A DNA stretch of 64,000 nt, taken from NCBI GenBank assembly GCA_963703345.1, contig OY969814.1, positions 1,792,001 through 1,856,000 on the forward strand, written 5' to 3'. Below, one piece after another: positions 57,409 to 64,000 of the stretch. The stretch comes from an uncultured Chloroflexia bacterium (GTDB lineage Bacteria > Chloroflexota > Dehalococcoidia > DSTF01 > JALHUB01). The translations under genes were made by a program, and so were the position numbers. Below the pieces are notes generated by a model. The model ran no database searches. It was not told the DNA's origin and saw nothing but the letters and a program-made list of their open reading frames with translations. The number at the start of each line of letters is the position of its first letter. Position 1 is the stretch's first letter.

Positions 57409-57525
57409 CACGCCTACGAGGTTAGCTGACGGGTTAGGGCTGAAAGGTTGCCCCTCCCGGTAACCCGGGATTAACCCCTCTTCTGGTTCCCCCGTCCCCG
57501 AACAAGCTCGGGCGTTCGGCGGTTA
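57402..57525 (-). ncRNA. Cyclic di-AMP (ydaO/yuaA) riboswitch
   Basis: Minus strand CGCCGAAC...GGGGAACC...GGGGTTAATC...CCCTAACCCGTCAGCTAACCTCGTAGGC matches hallmark ydaO segments. Confidence 0.88.
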
Positions 57526-57538
57526 GGTTGTCAATGTC

Positions 57539-57567
57539 AATTTAGCGATAACACAGCCGGTTGTCAA
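57539..57567 (-). promoter_or_regulatory. Sigma70-type promoter for the riboswitch-GT2 unit
   Basis: Minus strand TTGACA-N17-TAAATT. Confidence 0.65.
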
Positions 57568-57597
57568 GCATCCCGAAACGCCCCGTCGCTCCTCGCT

Positions 57598-58046
57598 GCC
57601 CGGAGCGCGTTACCACAAACCCGGCGAGCGCGTGTCTGAGACGCAGCTTCTGGCAGCCCGGAGCGCGTTACCACAAACGCAGCGAGCGCGTGTCTGAGAC
57701 GCAGCTTCTGGCAGCCCGGAGCGCGTTACCACAAACGCAGCGAGCGCGTGTCTGAGACTTCGCTTCTGGCAGCCCGGAGCGCGTTACCACAAACCCGGCG
57801 AGCGCGTGTCTGAGACTTCGCTTCTGGCAACCCGGAGCGCGTTACCACAAACCCGGCGAGCGCGTGTCTGAGACGCAGCTTCTGGCAACCCGGAGCGCGT
57901 TACCACAAACCCGGCGAGCGCGTGTCTGAGACGCAGCTTCTGGCAGCCCGGAGCGCGTCACCACAAACCCGGCGAGCGCGTGTCTGAGACGCAGCTTCTG
58001 GCAGCCCGGAGCGCGTCACCACAAACCCGGCGAGCGCCTGTCTGAG
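57598..58046. repeat. Non-coding tandem array, about 8 x 58 bp
   Basis: Unit gcccggagcgcgttaccacaaacccggcgagcgcgtgtctgagacgcagcttctggca starting at 57598, 57656, 57714, 57772, 57830, 57888, 57946, 58004 (last partial). Confidence 0.95.
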
Positions 58047-58068
58047 GCGTCCTAGTCGGCAGAAGCGG

Positions 58069-59715
<1,647 letters not shown>

Positions 59716-59843
59716 TGCAGCCTCCCGGGCGTGTCAGCGAATCGGTCTATACGTCTCAGTCTAGCGGCAGCGGCCGCTCTTCGCCAGCGTGCGCCCCCTC
59801 TGCGTCAGAAAGGCGATCAGGACGAGAATAAGCTAGACTGGAC

Positions 59844-60956
59844 GTGATCATCGCGCGGATACGGCTCAGTGGGGACGCGGACGTTTTGGGTGAGCGCAGC
59901 TATCGGATCGTCCTGGCAATTTCCGTGCTTCTGCTGTCGTCGGCGTTGCTGCCGGCCTGCACGGGAAGCGGTGTCGTCCCACTGCCGATTGGACACACTG
60001 CGCCGTTGGCCAATACCTTCGATCCGGCCGCGCCCGGGCCATATCCGGTCGGCGTCACGGAGATCACCTTCGAGCGCAACTCGACGACGACGGGCGAGCC
60101 GCGCGTTCTGAAGACGGTCGTCTGGTATCCCGCGGCCGCCGGCACGGCGAACGAGTCGCCCGACGCGACGTCCAAGGGCGTGCGCGACGCGGCGCTGGCC
60201 CGCGACGCCCTACCTCTACCGATCATTCTCTTCTCGCACGGCAGCGGCGGCACGCCCCTCCAGTCCACCTATTACACTGCTCACCTCGCCAGCCACGGCT
60301 TTGTGGTCGTCGCGCCGCCGCACCCCGGGAACACGCTGAACGACTGCTTCCCTTGCGTCGACATGAAAGCGCTTGCCGATTCGATGCTCAACCGGCCCGA
60401 CGACATGACCTTCGTCCTGAACTCGATGCTGAAGCTGAACGACGACCCGTCATCGCTGTTCTACCAGGCGCTGGACGGCAAGCGCGTCGGCATGAGCGGC
60501 CATTCCTTCGGCGGGCTGACAACGCTGCAACTCGCGGGAGGAGATACGAGCCCGTTCGCGGCCGCGCTCGCGATGGCACCGCCGGCGGGCGCTATGATGG
60601 GCAATCGCCGTTCCTCCGACATTCCGATTATGATCATGGGAGGCGGCCGGGACACCACCTTCCCGCTGAAGCAGCAGCAGGCGTACTTCAACTCGCTGGA
60701 CGGCAGCGAGCCGCGCTTTCTGGTCGCCTTTCCGCGCGGCGGCCACACCGCCTACACCGACATTTGCGTGCCACTGCTCGACACTTGCGGGCCGGCGGCA
60801 ATTGACGAAGAGAAGGCGCACGAGCTGATCGACTTCTACGCCACGGCCTTCTTCAAGACCTACGTCACTGGGGACGAGAGCTACGCCGCCTACCTCGACC
60901 CGTCGCGGGCGTCGGGAGACGCGGACCTCCAGTACGAAGCGCACGTGCCGAACTGA
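59844..60956 (+). CDS. Alpha/beta hydrolase lipoprotein
   Basis: 'GPYPVG', 'FSHGSGG', 'HLASHGFVV', 'GHSFGG', 'GGH'; start uncertain. Confidence 0.85.
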   Translation: MIIARIRLSGDADVLGERSYRIVLAISVLLLSSALLPACTGSGVVPLPIGHTAPLANTFDPAAPGPYPVGVTEITFERNSTTTGEPRVLKTVVWYPAAAGTANESPDATSKGVRDAALARDALPLPIILFSHGSGGTPLQSTYYTAHLASHGFVVVAPPHPGNTLNDCFPCVDMKALADSMLNRPDDMTFVLNSMLKLNDDPSSLFYQALDGKRVGMSGHSFGGLTTLQLAGGDTSPFAAALAMAPPAGAMMGNRRSSDIPIMIMGGGRDTTFPLKQQQAYFNSLDGSEPRFLVAFPRGGHTAYTDICVPLLDTCGPAAIDEEKAHELIDFYATAFFKTYVTGDESYAAYLDPSRASGDADLQYEAHVPN

Positions 60957-60971
60957 TCGGCGCGACAAGCG

Positions 60972-61469
60972 TCAGGAATCGCCGGCTTCGTCCTTCTTCC
61001 CACAACCGCACAGCGAGGTGAGCGCGTCGACGGAGATGGCGCCCGGGCCCGCAAGGCCGAGCGTCGTGGCCCCCGTTGCCAGCGACAGCGGCAGCTCGAA
61101 ACCGCCCTGACCGAAGAAGCCGTTCTTCCAGTGCACCTTCCAGATCGCCGCCGTCATGTTGACGATGATCGGAAGTGCGACCAGGCGCGTCTTGAAGCCG
61201 AGCACGAGGGCCATGCCGCCGAAGAACTCCGTGATGCCGGAGGCATAGGCGGCGGCAAGCGGGTATGGTACGCCCATCGATTCGAGCCCGGCCGCGAACG
61301 CCTGCGGCCCGCCGTTCTCGGTGAAGGCCTGCCAGTTGGGACCGAGCACCTTCAGCGGCCTCTCGGGCACTTTCTTGTCCGGTCCGCCGAAGAGCTTGGG
61401 GTAGCCGTGCGCCATCAGCGTGACGCCGACGTTGAGCCGGAGCAGTAAGAGACCGAGGCTGCGTAGCAT
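60972..61469 (-). CDS. DoxX family membrane protein
   Basis: 'LLLLR..G..LMAHG.PKLFG', 'EFFGG', 'GGFELPL', 'GPGAISVD'. Confidence 0.88.
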   Translation of the reverse strand: MLRSLGLLLLRLNVGVTLMAHGYPKLFGGPDKKVPERPLKVLGPNWQAFTENGGPQAFAAGLESMGVPYPLAAAYASGITEFFGGMALVLGFKTRLVALPIIVNMTAAIWKVHWKNGFFGQGGFELPLSLATGATTLGLAGPGAISVDALTSLCGCGKKDEAGDS

Positions 61470-61502
61470 TCTTGCCCTCCTTTCAGTCCTTGATGGGTTT
61501 CC

Positions 61503-63041
61503 CTAGGAACAATTGTCGCCGGCGGCGCCGAACAGCTCCTCTCTGAGCGCCTTCTTCTGCACCTTGCCCGTCAGCGTCTTGGGCAGGTCGTGGCGGAAGA
61601 CGACCTCTTGCGGCAGCTTGTAGTCGGCGAGGCGCTCGCGACAATAGGCGATGATATCGTCCGCGCTCAGCGTCGCGCCGGGCCAGGGCACGACGACGGC
61701 GACGACGCGTTCGCCCCAGACGTCGTCGCTGCGGCCGAGCACGGTTGCTTCGGCGACCATGGGGTGGGTGAACAGCACCTCCTCGATCTCGCGCGGATAG
61801 ATGTTCTCGCCGCCGCGGATGATCATGTCCTTCTTGCGGTCGACGATGAAGAAGTAGCCGTCTTCGTCCTGGTAGCCCATATCGCCCGTGCGCAACCAGC
61901 CGTCGACGATGGTCTGGGCGGTCGCCTCGGGGTTGTTGTAGTAGCCCTGCATGACGTTGGGGCCTTTGATGACGATTTCCCCGCATTCGCCGCTGGGCAA
62001 CTCCTTCATGTCTTCGTCGACGATCTTCATAGCCTGACCGCGGACCGGCATGCCGATAGAGCCGGCCTTGCGGATGCCCCAGAAGGGGTTAAGCGCCGAG
62101 ACGCAGGTGCCTTCGGTCAGGCCGTAGCCTTCCAGGATGCGCAAACCAAACGTCTCCTCGAAACGCTGCATGATCTCCAGCGGCAGCGGCGCAGCGCCGG
62201 AGATAACGAACTCCACGCTGCTCACGTCCAGCCCTTCCTTGATCGGCGCGCTGAGGAGGATGGCCAGCATTGTCGGCACGGCGCTGAACGTCTGCGGCTT
62301 GTAGCGGTCGACGGTCTCCCAGAAGTCGCTGGGGCTGAACCGCTCCCACATCGCGACGGCGCCGCCGGTGAGGAACTGCGTGAGGCTGGTAATCTGGGCG
62401 TTGGCGTGGAAGAGCGGCAGGATGAGGCCGAGGCAGCCTTCCTGGGGCGAGACGGGAATGAGCTCGGCGGAGGCCATGATATCCCAGACGCAGTTCCAGT
62501 GCGAGATCATGGCGCCCTTCGGCTTGCCTGTCGTGCCCGAGGTGTAGACGATGGCCGCCAGATCGCTTCCGGCTATCTCCACGGGCGCAAGCTCGGCCGG
62601 CTGGGCGAGCAGATTGCTATACGCCGATGCCCCTTCCGTCGCGCCCTCCAGGCACACGACGTGACGGAGCGCCGGGCAGGAGCCGCGAACGGCGTTCACG
62701 GTCGCCATCAGCGCCTCGCTGGTGACGAGAGCGACAGCGCCGGAGTCGCTGAGGACGTGGCGCACTTCGTCGCCCTTGAAGAGAGCGTTGATAGGCCCGA
62801 AGACCGCGCCCAACTTGAGGATGCCGAACCAGACGTAAAAATAATCGGGGCAGTTCGGCAGGTAGACTGATACGACGTCCCCTTTCTGCACGCCCAGCGC
62901 CTTGAGGCCGTTCGCGACCTGGTTGACGCGTTCGTCTAGCTGTCGGTAGGTGATCCGTTCATCGCGCCAGTAGATGCACGTCTCGTCCGCCAGATCCTCG
63001 CGGTACAATTCGACTAGCTCGCGCAGGTTGTTTGGGACCAT
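61503..63041 (-). CDS. Long-chain fatty-acid--CoA ligase family protein
   Basis: 'YTSGTTGKPKG', 'EGYGLTE', 'GWLRTGD', 'DRKKDMIIRGGENIYP', 'PKTLTGK'. Confidence 0.93.
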   Translation of the reverse strand: MVPNNLRELVELYREDLADETCIYWRDERITYRQLDERVNQVANGLKALGVQKGDVVSVYLPNCPDYFYVWFGILKLGAVFGPINALFKGDEVRHVLSDSGAVALVTSEALMATVNAVRGSCPALRHVVCLEGATEGASAYSNLLAQPAELAPVEIAGSDLAAIVYTSGTTGKPKGAMISHWNCVWDIMASAELIPVSPQEGCLGLILPLFHANAQITSLTQFLTGGAVAMWERFSPSDFWETVDRYKPQTFSAVPTMLAILLSAPIKEGLDVSSVEFVISGAAPLPLEIMQRFEETFGLRILEGYGLTEGTCVSALNPFWGIRKAGSIGMPVRGQAMKIVDEDMKELPSGECGEIVIKGPNVMQGYYNNPEATAQTIVDGWLRTGDMGYQDEDGYFFIVDRKKDMIIRGGENIYPREIEEVLFTHPMVAEATVLGRSDDVWGERVVAVVVPWPGATLSADDIIAYCRERLADYKLPQEVVFRHDLPKTLTGKVQKKALREELFGAAGDNCS

Positions 63042-63239
63042 CGTCTGCCTCCCGTTGGGTCACCGTGAGCAGAGTTTACTCCGACAAAAGCGCGTCGTCC
63101 ACGGCGAGCCGTCCGAAGGCACGCGCGGGCCGGGGGTTTCTTTTCGCCTCCCGGCGTAATATCGTATTCCTAAGGGTTCTCCCGACCGCGACTAGGGATT
63201 CTCCTGAGTGCGATCTGCGGGAAAGCGCCGATATTATAG

Positions 63240-63893
63240 ATGCGGCAAGAAAACAACGATATGCTCACCGACATAAGACGTCGCTTAGGTGCGCCAGCGG
63301 AAGAAGGCGCAACACAGGGAGCACGGATGCTCCTGCTGCGTCAACTCGGTCTCCTTCTTGCGGCGACTTCCTGGCCGACCCGCGGCTTCGCCGCTCTGGC
63401 CGTCGGGCTTGTCATCGGCGCGGCATTCCGCTTCCACAACGCCGGCGACGTCGCCCTGGTGGCCGTCTACATAATCGTGCTCGTCATCTGCACGGCAACC
63501 GACATTGCCTGGTACCGCGTCCCCAACGTCGTCACCTACCCGGCGATCGTTCTGGGCCTGCTGGCCGGCTCGTTCATGCCCGGCGGCAGCCCGCGGGCGA
63601 CGCTGGAGGGGGCCGCCACGGCGGGCGGCTTTATGCTCATCGCACTGATAATATCGCGCGGCGCGATGGGTCTCGGCGATGTGAAGCTGGCGCTCTTCTC
63701 CGGCATCGCGGTCGGCTGGCCGCTCGTGGGCAACGTGTTGATGTTGATGGCTCTGACCGGAGGCGCCGCGGCCGTCATTCTCCTGGTCACGCGAGTCAAG
63801 GGCCGGAGGGACCCCATACCGTATGCGCCCTTCATCTCCGCGGCGACGATAGCCGTGATCTTCTGGCAAGGAACGTCGTTCGCGCGATTCTAA
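63240..63893 (+). CDS. A24-family prepilin peptidase
   Basis: 'TDIAWYRVPN' and 'MGLGDVKL' catalytic Asp motifs, 'IPYAPFI'. Confidence 0.85.
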   Translation: MRQENNDMLTDIRRRLGAPAEEGATQGARMLLLRQLGLLLAATSWPTRGFAALAVGLVIGAAFRFHNAGDVALVAVYIIVLVICTATDIAWYRVPNVVTYPAIVLGLLAGSFMPGGSPRATLEGAATAGGFMLIALIISRGAMGLGDVKLALFSGIAVGWPLVGNVLMLMALTGGAAAVILLVTRVKGRRDPIPYAPFISAATIAVIFWQGTSFARF

Positions 63894-64000
63894 GCGCGAT
63901 TGACATAGCTGGCGGCGGGAATCGAAAGGAGCGTGATGTCTCGCAGGGAAGCGAGGCATCCGGATGCAAGCCGGTTCGCCGTCGGTTGTGATCGCTCAGT

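Noticed and set aside
57598-58046. CRISPR array or guide-RNA array
   Set aside because: Units are contiguous near-identical copies with no unique spacers; variable spots are only 1-4 nt; no cas genes in the window.

Overview
GC-rich bacterial chromosomal window. Gene content (selA, larE, serA plus a class-V aminotransferase, abfD-like dehydratase, HdrD/FadF-like Fe-S oxidoreductase, class F sortase, Gmad2 lipoprotein) suggests an anaerobe, plausibly Chloroflexota/Dehalococcoidia; that taxonomy is inference only. Most of the window is housekeeping or lipid/acyl-CoA metabolism. The most unusual locus is 15.4-19.4 kb. A minus-strand tRNA-Gly/Leu/Gln/Asn operon contains three identical 103-bp tandem units, each a 5' tRNA-Asn fragment whose anticodon region is overwritten by a TCCGCC-N3-GGCGGA hairpin. 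These are followed by the intact tRNA-Asn, a small GIY-YIG nuclease gene that ends inside a fourth hairpin-marked tRNA fragment, a serine-recombinase remnant, and a decayed island bounded by tRNA-Asn 3'-end copies. Other features not in the ORF track: a headless NHL-repeat gene, an acyl-CoA ligase split by one in-frame TGA, a stand-alone promoter-to-terminator unit of about 270 nt (structured RNA and/or 19-aa peptide), a c-di-AMP (ydaO-type) riboswitch before a GT2 gene, an 8 x 58-bp non-coding tandem array, and dispersed GTAG-type REP palindromes. All calls are by eye, without database searches.
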